This document shows positions 52,509-64,000 of a stretch of DNA of 64,000 nucleotides, in pieces. Source of the stretch: Camelus ferus (Eukaryota); the NCBI RefSeq assembly GCF_009834535.1, contig NC_045697.1:89282001-89346000 (forward strand), read 5' to 3'. Position numbers and translations under genes: made by a program. The notes beneath the pieces were generated by a model that saw only the letters and a program-made list of their open reading frames with translations, was not told the DNA's origin and ran no database searches. The first letter of the stretch is position 1; each line of letters opens with the position of its first letter.

Positions 52509-53237
52509 TATAGACAGAACTTTGTGAGAAATTATCATCTATTTGCAGACAAAAAGTTACTCGCCATTTCAGTAAACAACAAATATAGTAGTTTGTATCT
52601 GCTAATCCCAAACTCCTAATTTAGAAACTACTGTATATAAAATAGATAAACAACAGGGTCCTACTATATAGCATAGGAAATTACATTCAATATCTTGTAA
52701 TAATCTATGATGGAAAACAATATGAAAAAATACAGATATATGCATATATAAAACTGAATCACTTTGCTATACACTAGAAACTTACACAATATGGTAAATC
52801 AATTACACTTCAATTAAAAAATATATATATATATGAATATTGCCCACCATCAAGCCATCTGCCACTGCAGCCACCTCCTAAGATGTGCCCTCAGGGGAAT
52901 TCAGAATGGAGAAAAGTAGGATACTGGCCCTATGTAGTTAAGATAGGTATCTAAGGAATAATTTCAATGAACCCAGACTCTTGCATCATTCCATACATAG
53001 AAAGGTACTAAAATAGTTAACTTGTCTGTTTTTTGTGGTCAGCAGTAATCTTTTGATGTTTGACTACATTTTTTTTTCCAGCAAGAACTCTTATATATTC
53101 TGTCTCCTCCATTACCTCTTTGGCTGAGTTCCTCAGAGCTATACAAGAGGCTGTCTCCCACGCTATAGTTCTCAGTTATTTCCCCAAGTAAAACATAACT
53201 CACAACTTTTAGGTTGTGCATTTTTCTTCTGTCAGTA
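52509..53237 (+). mobile_element. Cetartiodactyl ERV1-type solo LTR, interrupted by an L1
   Basis: atttgcagacaaaaagttactcgccattt...ccatcaagccatc...ggatactggcccta...cccagactcttgcatc...taaaacataactcacaacttttaggttgtgcattttt matches a recalled cetartiodactyl LTR; exact family name uncertain. Confidence 0.8.
52586..52834 (+). mobile_element. Short L1 3' UTR insertion with 5' inversion
   Basis: 52586-52621 is the reverse complement of aattaggagtttgggattagcagatacaaactacta. 52625 onward is the sense 3' UTR, ending cttcaattaaaaaa(at)n. Confidence 0.85.
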
Positions 53238-55679
53238 TATTAAAGAGAATAGCTATTCTCATAGTTGACTCAGTAGTGATTTCTTTCTTATAAAAATATT
53301 TTTGACATTTATTAAATATGCCAACATATGGACCATTTTTGGAAAGATTTAATGAGCTACAATTGTGAGTGCCTGAATTATTAATAAATATCCTGTAAGG
53401 GAACAAGATAAAGGGAATGTACATATTAACTAAATTTTTCATTTACTGAGGAACATGGCTCCCTTTCTTACTTCCTCTCTCTACAGTCTCCTCAGTTTTC
53501 TTTATCTTTCATGGATGAACCCATGACTTTTCCTAAGTAGAAATGTGATGCAGTGTACTTTTTTGAGATCTGAACACATGAACTGATTTATGCCAATATG
53601 AGAAAATTATTTTCTTTCCTTATATTGACATGTGTAAAAGAAGCTAAATAGTAATACTTTTGTCTTTGGGATCTACTCCACATCCTTAACTTTATTTGCT
53701 GTGTTTTAATTAAGTAAATTATCCAGTAACAGGTTTAGAACAACACAGCAAATAAAGTGAAAATACACAGAAAGTCCTCAGATGTCCTTCCCTGTTTTGC
53801 AGGTACAATAGAAAAGATGCAACACATTTAAATGAATTTCAAAGATCATATGTACCTTGGGTTATATTTTCACCTTATTTTTCCAGAAATGTGTTGGCAG
53901 TGCATTGTGGCACTCCTTTTACACCCTAATCATCCAGGCTGGTACTAATTGGTACATTTTGCTAGATATAATCCTATCTATCCTATGTAAAGCTAATGAA
54001 TTAGGAATCAAATTTGACTTTGAAATAAGTCACTATCATAACTTGGGCAGTGTGAAGTTAATTTTTCCATTAGTAATTATTTTCTTTCTTTTAGTCAGTT
54101 TACAGTCATTAGTGAAGGCTAGAAATGGTACATAAAAGCTTAGGTAGACAGAGATAAACAGGAACTTTAAGTTATTCCTCTTGTTTCCCCTTAATAGGGA
54201 TTATTTCAGCATTTGAGTGCAATTGACTTCTTCCAGCTTTCATGTTCCTGGTCTGCATGAGGTATTGCTTATGGTTGTCACATCTCCTACTGTGGCTTTA
54301 AAAGTGATTTGAAAAGTCTGTTGTTTAAAGCTCTTAGGCAGATGTTACTTTTACCACCACAGTCAAGCATGGCTCCTGTGTGTTTGACTTTCAAAATCCC
54401 TGCTAAGTTCCTCGCTGAGATCAGAAATGGTTTGTTTATTAAATCTATATCTTTACATAGTGTGGGGGGTCTAGAAAGAAATACCAGCTCTGTGACAGAA
54501 TCCCAAGGGAATATACACCTACTTAATCTTTCATCCAACACCATGTTCCAGTAACAAAGACATATGTCTAAATTTATGAAATGAACAAACAGTTTTTTGG
54601 CTTTCATCAGTATCAAGTTGGTTTATTCAATATCAGGAATTTCCAGAGTAGACTCCATAGTGTTTTGCATAAGAGACTAAAATATAACAAAAGCATATTT
54701 TTACTGAACATGTTTGGTATAGTCTAACTATACCATTGAGTTTTCATCACAGATAATTTTTGTATTCCCAACCCGCATAACTTAAAGATGAGAAATGGTC
54801 TGTAATTAACTTATGACTCTGTGTATTTAATTTAAACCATGATTTCAGTATAAATTGAAGACATAGAAAATTAGTATTATTAAGATATTAATTTACATGT
54901 TTTGAACTACTTTAATGTAATTCAATTACCTGGCCTTGAATGTAGACAAAATAAAAACCAAAGCCCATGATATAATTTCTGCTGCAAAATACATTATAGT
55001 CAATGGACTCAACTTTAAGAAAGTGTGATTGCATCAATATTCTATGCTCATTAATAATTAGTAATAGCAATGTCATTCCTTAATTAATACTCTCTTCAAA
55101 AAAGTAGACAAGGCATTTTCATTATAAGAAATACAGGGAAAGAGAATTTCACCCCTCAGAGATAACCACACATTATCTTTTGGTACCCATAATTTCTTCC
55201 ACTTAAAAGAAACAAGTTGATTTAAAATGATGTAGGTTTTATTTCCATTTATTATCAAAATTAATTATCAAATTTATAATTAGTGAAGTAATACATAACA
55301 TTATCCTTAGTTTAACCGCGACAAGGATACCTTAGATGTAATTAAACATTTAGCAAGTATGTTTAATTACTGATGTTTAATTTTTTCACTCGTTCAATAA
55401 TAACATTTATGTTGAGAATGCTTATTTGTGAAATACGCATTGTCTGATGCATAGTCCCTGAAACCATGATTAAAAAAAAAGTAATAGAGTATTGTTCATA
55501 GAGTAAGTTTTAGTCCTAAATTCTGCCTGTAAATTATAAACTAAAATCAGTAATTTATTTCTGATACTACATGGCTTTTGTCTACCTGAGAGGAAAGTCT
55601 TCACAAAACTTTTTTACTTAACCAAATTTTACTCCTCTAAGAGCAAGATGCTAATCTGTTCTACACAGATTTCTGCTAG

Positions 55680-55911
55680 GTGGAGACAGGTGCAGACACT
55701 GCAACTATTCTGCCACAAGCCAAGGGATGCGTGGGACCACCAGAGGCTCAAGAGGCAAAGAAAGATCATCTAGAGTCTTCAGAGGCAGTCTGGCCTGGCC
55801 AACACCAGGATTTCAGATTTCTAGCCTCCAGAATCATGAAAGAATAAATTTCTGTTGTTTTAAAGTCACACAATTATAGTACTTTGTTATGGCAACCTAA
55901 GAAACTAATAC
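55680..55911 (+). mobile_element. MLT1C-like MaLR LTR, 3' half
   Basis: gccacaagccaagggatgc...caccagaggct...ttctagcctccagaatcatgaaagaataaatttctgttgttttaaag...ttgttatggcaacctaagaaactaatac. Confidence 0.88.
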
Positions 55912-55919
55912 TAATAGTT

Positions 55920-58900
55920 AACTTAGAAAAGAAGAAAGTTTAATATCAGTGTTCTAAGGTTTCATTTCAAATAGCTAGAAAAAAGATACCACCTAAGTAA
56001 TGAGAAGGAACAAAACAATAAAGACATGAGCATAAATGTACAAACTAGGAAAAATGTTAAAGTCAAAAAATGATTATTTAAAACTATTTTTAAGTGAAAA
56101 ATCACTGGCAGGAATGATAATCAACAAGAGGGGAACACAAATTACCACTGAAAGAAAAGAAAAAAAAGCTATTACAAACATTAAAAAGATACGAGATTTC
56201 ATAAATAATTTTATGTCAATAAATTTGAAATCTTAGATGAAATATAGTAATTCCTTAATAAACACAACTACCTAAAACAGAATCAAGGTGAACTAGAAAA
56301 CATGAATAGCCATATGTGTGTAAATATATATGTCTGTGTGTATATACATATGATATACCAGTGAATTTCATCAACCGTATAAATAAATGGTTCTAAACTT
56401 ATGATAAACCTTTTGGAAAATAGAAATGATGGAAACTCTTTGTAGCATTTCCTATGAGGTGAGCAAAAATCTAACATCAAGATATGATAGAGATATTAAA
56501 GAAAGAAAGAAAATTACGGAACTCCAGCCTTAATGAATGCAGAAACATCTTTGAAAAAGTAAGTAAATCAAATCTAGCAATATAGAAAAAGGAGCAAAAC
56601 TATCATGCCAAGATGAGATTTAGCTCAGTACTAGAAGACTGCCTTGACATTTGAAAATTTATCAATATATTCCATCTTATTAATAAAATAAAGGGAAGAA
56701 CATACCAATGACTGTTGACCATTTTAATAGATGCAATTTGGCACCCATACACAGTATAACTCTCAGTAAACTGTAAATAGAGGGTACCTTCCTGACAACA
56801 ATAAAGGATAGCTATGAAAAACCTAAAGATAATATCAAACATAATGTGAAATATTGATTGCTTTCCCTTCAATTTAAGGAAAATAATGAATGACTGCCTT
56901 TTTTCTTCTGTTTAATATTGTCTGGAAATTCCAGCCCAAAATATAAGCAAAATGGATCAGGTAATAATAGGAACAATAAATAAAAACTAAAGAAATAAAA
57001 AAAATAAAAGTTAAAAGTATAAAGATTAGGAAGGAAGATGTAAAATAATTCTATTCACAGATGAGTCAATGTAATCATTTACATAGAAAATCCTAAGAAA
57101 ACTACAAAACAACTACAGAATTAATGATTAAAATTAGCAAGACTGAAAGATTCACAATCATATAAAATTCAGTTATATTTCAGTGTAATAGTAGTAAAAG
57201 TATTGAAAAATAAAAATTTTAAAATCCAATTCTTAATACTATTTAAAGTAAATTAACTAGAAATTAATCTCATAAAAAAGGTAAAATACCTATTCATTGA
57301 TAACTATAAGAAATTACCAAGAAAATTTTTTAAATATTCTAATAAATGTATTCCTGGATTACAAAACTCAATATTGTTAAAATTTATATTTTCCCAAAAA
57401 AGATTTTTATTGATACGACAAGTTTCTTTTTTCTAAAATTTACTGTAAAATATATATGGAAATGCAAAGAGCCTATATAGCTAAACAATCTTGAAAATAA
57501 AAACAAATTTGGACACCTTAAAATGTTTCACTTCAGGTCTTATTATAATGCTGCACAGTCAGCTTAGTTTGGGCCTAAAGATAAATTAAATATAATCAAT
57601 GGAAAGGATAAGGAATTCAGAAACAGACCTACATTTAGAACGTAAATTGACAGAGGCTCCAAAGTAATTCATGAGATAAGAAAAGGCTTTTCAATGAAAT
57701 TGCATTGAAACAATTGCATATCTAATTAAAAAAAAAAGAATACCACTCCTATAATTTGGGATGGGTAATGAAATTATACATAAAAGCTAAAATGATGAAG
57801 ATTCTAGGAAAAAAGAATCAGCTGTATGTCTTATCCCACAAATAGGCAAAAACATATTTTAGAGAGGACACACAAAGCAATAACTTCTTAAATAACTTTA
57901 TTAAAGAAAAATGTATAATCATTTAGACCTTATCAAAAGGCAATGTTAAAAAATTATGAAGCAAACCATGGACTAGAAGAAAATAATGGAAAAAATCCAG
58001 AAGCTGATTAAACATAGACACACACAGAAAATTAATAATTGAAAGATGGACATCCCAATAAAGAAATGGTGAAAGATTGAAATAGTCATTTCAAATAGGG
58101 ATATTTGGAAGAAAGGAAGAGCCTTAGAGAAAATAAATGAAGATAAAATAAAATCTTTTAGTTTTTTTCATATTCGTAATTGACATAACATATAACACTT
58201 TCTTCATAATAATAATAGCAGCAGTGTATTTGGTGATGGATGATACTTTATGGGTAAGTGAAATGAGTGACAGCAATACTTTAAAGGATAGATGAGTGGA
58301 ACTGAGAAAACTCTGTTGAGAGGGACTTAAACTACCCATAATGTAATATAGAGTTATTTGGAAGAGATCTTGAATTAGGTGTAAATGGAACCATTAAAAC
58401 AAACAAACAAAAAAAGGAAAACATGTAAAAATAAAATGCATTTAAATTTTATTGAATAAAATCACTATGAGTCTGTACTAAAATCATTCAAGGAATGAAT
58501 GACAGAAAATAGAAAGCTTTTTCTTGCAGATGTGTTCAGTAGATAGTGAAGGAATGATTGAGTGATGTGATTGTAAATCTACTTGATGAAAATTTGACTA
58601 GGATTCAGGATATTTATATTACTTTATCTCCCTAATTTTGTGAAATTATCAAATTTAATTAAATATCAAATATTTCTTAACTAAAATGAAACAATAATAG
58701 CAACCAGACGCTATAATAGCAAAATAATAAAAATTCACATTTGCTATATTGTGGCAAACTGACACCCTGTGCTTTCTGATAATGATGGACTGAAAAAGAA
58801 AATATTATCAATGCAGTAGGATTTTTGCCAAAAATGCATAACCTGAATACATTTATGAGAAAGCTTCAGACACACTCAAACTGAGAGAAATTCAATAAAG

Positions 58901-59440
58901 TAACAGGCCTGCACTTCTCAAATAAGTCAGGGTGAAAAAAAAAGAGACAAACAAAAGCTGAAGAAATGTTCCAGACTGGACAACTGAATGTAATGTGTGA
59001 TCTTGAATTGGACCATGGGCCTGGGGGAGAAAGCTATAGCAGCTATATAAAAATAGCTATTATTTGCACAATTAATAACATTGGAATTTGAATTGTGGAT
59101 TAAGTAATAATATTGTATAAATGTTAAATTTTCTGATATTGATAATTGTACAGTTAAAATGCATAAGAGAATGTTCTGGGTCTAAGGAAATACATACATA
59201 GAAGATTTTAGGGGTAAGTAGGCAGAATGTTTTCAGCTTACTCTCAAAGTATTCAGAAAAAAATAGACTAGATAGATAGAGACATAGACTTTGTAAATGG
59301 ATGGATACATAGGTAGAAAAAAGGAATGATCCATGAGGGAAAATGTAAACATTTGGTGAATCTAGGTAAGGTATAAATGGGGGCTTTTGTATTCTTATCA
59401 CGACTTTTCTGTAAATTTGAAGATCTATTAAGATTAAAAT
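55920..59440 (+). mobile_element. Ancient L1 (ORF2 remnant plus L1MC4/5/ME-type 3' UTR)
   Basis: A-rich decayed ORF2 landmarks (aatttgaaatcttagatgaaat, acatagaaaatcctaag, aaactcaatattgttaaaat, aaacaatcttgaaaata) and 3' UTR ttgccaaaaatgcataacctgaat...aaacatttggtgaatctaggtaagg. Confidence 0.85.
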
Positions 59441-59739
59441 CTATGAACCCAAAATACACTAACTGATTCCTCTTAATTTCTGAAAATTTGAAAGTAGCAG
59501 CAACATGCTGTAACTATGTTATGGATAAATTTACTGATAGAAAAATGTAAAATATATTAAGAACATGAAAAATTGTAAAAATTTTTCTAGAGGAAAAATA
59601 AATTTATTTCCAGATTTACCACTTATTTAACAGATCTCCCTGAAACATCACATTATATGGAAAGAAAAAAGGTTTTGAGGGGAAAGAGCAAGAGAAACAG
59701 GGAGAAGGTTATTATCTGTATTCCTACATTTAATTTAGA

Positions 59740-59905
59740 AGAATCTTTAGCTTATGTTTTATTACCCAGTTTTCAGATTTAAAAAAATTAATTTATAAAG
59801 ATTAATTATATTATCCAAATCCACACAGTTTATAACTTAGTTTGTAGCTAGCAAGTGAATCCAAGTGTTTCTGACTCCAAATCCATGCTCTACTCGCAAT
59901 ACCTA
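59740..59905 (-). mobile_element. MIR fragment
   Basis: ttattacccagttttcagat...tttctgactccaaatccatgctct. Confidence 0.6.
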
Positions 59906-59949
59906 AAACAAGGGATTTTTTAAACTGGTAGGTTTATTTATTAAAATAT

Positions 59950-61550
59950 ACTTTACAAACATTTATTTATTCGAAATACGTATTTTATGCTCATTTTTTT
60001 AAAAGTACAAAATCAAAAGGTATAAAACTGTCTACAGTGATAAGTACATCCTGTCTATAGTCTGGTCCATATTTTTACTAATTCATATTCCTAGTGATAG
60101 TCTCAACTGTATGTAAGCATATATGTATATATCACTTTTACTTATTTACATAAGAGGTAAATCATGGTTCCAAATCTCACTTTTCATTTGCTTAACAATA
60201 TATCTTAACATGTATTTCAGTAGTGTATTCTGTAAATCTTAATCAATACATATTACATCCCATATTTTAAAATACAAGGTCTCCAGTTGATATTCAATTT
60301 GGTTGCTTACACACTTTCGAAATCAAGCAATGCGACAATAAATATCCCTTACTCACATTTATTTATATGTGTCTGAATACAAGTATTTCTACAAGATATA
60401 TTCTATAATTAAAATTTCTTGTTCAAAAAATATATGCCATCATAGTTTTATATTATCAAAACGCCTGCTAAGGATAGCATACTATTTGATATGGCCAAAA
60501 GGTACATCTAAGAATATCTGTTTCCCGACTCCTGAAAATACAATATTACAATTTGTTATGGAAGCTTTTTCTCAGTATATTTTTAATTTCCTATCCTTTT
60601 TAATTTCACAAAGGGGCTGATTTTTGTTTCATGAATTTAAAAGCCAGTTTATCTATTTCTTGCTGGAAAAGTCTTAATTCATGCCTTTCACTCATTTTAT
60701 GTTCTTTGTCAGTGTATATTTTCTTATTTTCAAGCTCTTTATATTTTAAGTATATTTTACTGATATTATTCTTACTCAGTCTTCTGTCAGTAATATTGTT
60801 AAGTTGGTCTTTTGGTTTTTCAATGTATGCATGGTATCTTCTATGGAGAATTTTACTTTTATTAAATCACATTATTCAATCTTTTCTGTAATGAATGTCT
60901 GGGTACCATCCCTAGCAAAGACTTCTTTGCTGTCATTATATGAAACGTAAGTCTTCAGTATTTCCTTTTATTCTTTCTTTACTTCCATTTAAATTTTTTA
61001 TTTTTCTAGAAGTTCTTTTGCTTAAGAAGTGAGTCGGCTAGCCGAGTGTTATTTCCTATGATTATTAAGTTGTCCCTACACCATTTCTATATACTCTTTT
61101 GAAGTATTCTTATTATTTTTATTTCTACCCATATATTTGGGTCTATTTCTGGCCTTTGTTTTATCACTCTTTCTACTTGTGCACCAGGAGAAAACAACTT
61201 TAATTGCTTTAGCTTTATATAATTTATATAAGACATCATCTGTCCTTTACCTTTTATTTTTCCCCTCTTAACTATTTTCCAGAATTTTTCTGCTTATTTT
61301 TATACATTTTCTAAATTTATGTTAGAAATATCTCTTATTCCAAAAAAATTTGTATGAATACTTTTAATGATATCTTATTAAGCTGTAAAATAACTTACGA
61401 AGAGTTATCATCTGCAAAGTTCAAAGTCCTCCATTCAAAGAACAGCACTTACCTTTCAATTTATTCAAAATTCTTATACCCATCAGTAGCATTTTACACT
61501 TTTCTTGTTAAGTTTATTCCTGGGAATTTTTGCCTTTCTGCTGTTCTAAA
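59950..61550 (-). mobile_element. Ancient L1ME-type 3' end / ORF2 remnant
   Basis: tttgcttaacaatatatctt, cagttgatattcaatttggttgctt, atatttgggtctatttctggcct, ttgttaagtttattcctggg. Confidence 0.7.
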
Positions 61551-62884
61551 TAGTGGCAGGCTTAGCAGTTGCCCCTTGTGTTAAATTCAGTAGCTTCTAA
61601 ACTTCAATTTATGTCGTCATCCTTGGGTGTGGCATTTGGGAAAGTTCTAAATGCTTCAAAAGCCATACGAGACATATTAAGAATAAGAAATTGTTTGGTT
61701 CAAATTGAAGACTCAATAGCAATGTATACAAAGGATTCACTCTAAGAGAGTATTTTCTGTTGTTGTTGTTATTCTTTTTAATGCAGCAGATATGCCCATG
61801 CCTAAGAGAATTAGCAGCATGTTAGGGACATATATAACGTCTGGGCTTGAGATCAGGGATTTAATTCTAGAATCTGGGCATATTAGGTGTTAATGGACGT
61901 GAGTTAAAGGGGGCAGTGCTTAAGAAGAAGACTTATCTGTTTGGCTAATTTCATAAATTATTGTAAAGAGTTATAAAAAGGAGTCCTATGTCTTGACATT
62001 TATGTACAAAACCAGCAGTACATAACTGTATACTACACATTGGTTATGAATCTGGTTGGATGGTCCAGCAGGGGACAGAAACCTGAAAAATTTCATAACT
62101 ATAGTTGTTATCCATCCACCCCAGCCCCCAACATACATACAAAAAATCATTAATCTAAAAAAAAACCAAGAAAAGATTATTTTATACTCCCCCACCTATC
62201 TGAATACTGTCTTAAACTCCCCAAAATGAGAGAAACTGGAGCTAAAAGTAAGTGAAGACTACTAATACAATTCAGCTCTTTTCCTTGTCATATGTTGTGT
62301 TGACTTGGAAACTGAAACAGGCTTGATCACTGGATCAAGCTGTGAGAAACAAGAAAGCAGAGGTGGAGAAAATATGTACATAGAACTATAGCTCAGTCTC
62401 TGTGCCTTATTCCTTGCGGCTTCCCCAATGGTCATGAACTACAGGTACCTGCTCGGCAAACATATTTAACACTGCTCCAGGAGTCATCCCTGTGATGACT
62501 TTCATTACACATCCAAAAGACAAGCCTAAATGTGTTTATGTGTTTTTGCTTTTATTACAATGGAGAGTCCCATTTAGTAAGTTAAGAATTCTCCATCCGG
62601 ACCAAAAGAGCAATTTGAAAAATAAATATATCTATGTAATTAAATTCCAAAAATGAGAGCATTTGAAAATGTGTTGTTTAATTTACAAATATAACAAATT
62701 TCTCTACATGGAACTAAATTACTTATTATAGTATATAATATATTTCTTTTCAGCTTTCCATGGAATGTAGGCATTTTCCAAGAATGAGCTTTATGAATGA
62801 AGCCATCTATATAATGCCACCTTTTTATAGGACTCCAATAGTAATAAGGCAGTATACAGTCAACAGTATTTTAAACAAAGAGCA

Positions 62885-63112
62885 TAGTTCATTCATTTAA
62901 TAGGTATTTATAATTGGTATTTTTTCCAGGCTAGAAACACAGCATTATAAAACCAAATCTTTGCCCCCGTGGAAATTACACTCTAGTTGGGATAGATATG
63001 TAATAATAATTTAAAATATATTTGATATGTTATATGAATGTTACTATGGACATAAAGGTGGCCAAATTAGGACTCAGTGAGAAGTTGGAATTTTAATAAA
63101 ATTTTCAGGAGG
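62885..63112 (-). mobile_element. L2a 3' end
   Basis: ttcattcatttaataggtattta...tttgcccccgtggaaattacactctagttggg. Confidence 0.7.
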
Positions 63113-63249
63113 GGAGGGAGCCAGCCTGCAGCCAATATGTCTGTCCAATAGTGAGTCTCAGATTTGCTCCAGCAGGTCCGTTTGCCTCTGTTCTGACTGA
63201 CTGAAGACAGTGAAGTAACAGTTCTTAAATATTTTGGGTATCATTCCTA

Positions 63250-63500
63250 AGTAGACATCCATTGTTTTCCCAGCAGCCACCCCTGCCTTTTTTTTTTTTT
63301 TTTTCTTGGACTAGCAACCCTTCTCTCTGAATCCTAAATCCATCTTTCTTAGTCCAGAAATGATAAACCCAGGATTAAAGTTCAGCCAAAACCTGGCTGA
63401 TCATAGACCTTCCCAGGTTTTTAACCATAGATTTAAGAAAAGGTTCTCAGTGTCCTTCTATGGGCAAAGTAGTGATGTATAGAGTATAGTAACCTCTGCG
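63250..63500 (+). mobile_element. Old MaLR LTR 5' fragment (MLT1K/L-like)
   Basis: gtagacatccattgttttcccagcagccacccctgcc...agcaacccttctctc. Confidence 0.45.
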
Positions 63501-64000
63501 AGCTATATATATAAACAGATCTTCCTCTTGTTGTGTGCCTGGTTGAAGTTGAATTTATGTAACTTGTAAAAAGTAATTTTAAATAACTCAATCAAATAGC
63601 CACTGTGGTAATATCTGTAAAGTAAACACTGTTAGGATATCTCAAAATTACTCCAGAGAAATCTGATTTAATTACAGATCTAAAGCAGAGAGCACTCACT
63701 ATCACATAAACCATTACATTTAATCCTTGCAAAACTCACATGTGGCTTACTTCACCTGGGTGACTTTCCAAATTCATACATGCAACAATTAAATTGCAAA
63801 ATCATGATTCAAACTGAGATTCCAAAGCTAAACTACTAAAGCATAGTATTAATGATTACTAGGTTGCCAGAATTTGGTAGAAAATTTATTGTTTACTTGT
63901 GTTTTTTTTAATTCTATACATATTTGTTGAGAAATCAAAGATGAGGAAGTAATAATAATAAAAATAAAATGCTGTGATATTTCAGATAAAGTGGAAGTTG

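Noticed and set aside
54287..54616. Overlapping ORFs on both strands (109 aa and 81 aa)
   Set aside because: No recognisable homology or splice context; lengths are within chance. The region may still be non-coding conserved sequence
62321..62340. 8-bp hairpin gcttgatc-actg-gatcaagc
   Set aside because: Short enough to be expected by chance in 64 kb
1..64000. L1 orientation bias indicating a host gene's strand
   Set aside because: L1 fragments occur on both strands in similar numbers, so there is no usable signal
1..64000. CRISPR array, tRNA/rRNA/snRNA genes, prokaryote-type systems
   Set aside because: No regularly spaced repeats or recognisable structural RNA sequences; the DNA is clearly mammalian and repeat-rich

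Overview
AT-rich, CpG-depleted mammalian genomic DNA with no recognisable protein-coding gene, RNA gene or CRISPR-like system. It reads as a gene desert or a large intron. Much of the window is a layered record of eutherian repeats: L1M/L1MA/L1MC/L1MD/L1ME and HAL1 fragments, L2, L3/CR1, many MIRs, MaLR (MLT1) and ERVL (MLT2; LTR16 plus ERV3-16A3-like gag) LTR elements, ERV1-type solo LTRs, and Tigger2, MER5, MER33 and MER94 DNA transposons. The youngest L1 3' UTRs look cetartiodactyl. One (34267-34564) resembles camelid L1, and I see no Alu, B1/B2, Bov-A, PRE1 or Can-SINE, so Camelidae is my best guess (inference). All family names come from recalled consensus sequences, not from a search. 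Most ORF-track entries are repeat-derived or spurious. The most notable structures are: a TSD-flanked L1 with an in-frame deletion of the whole RT region, a 78-bp orphan poly(A) retro-insertion with a 17-bp TSD, a twin-primed (5'-inverted) L1 inside an LTR, a 17-bp perfect hairpin, two CpG-retaining patches, and an unidentified GC-rich, decayed, retrocopy-like segment. I found no convincing new biological system.
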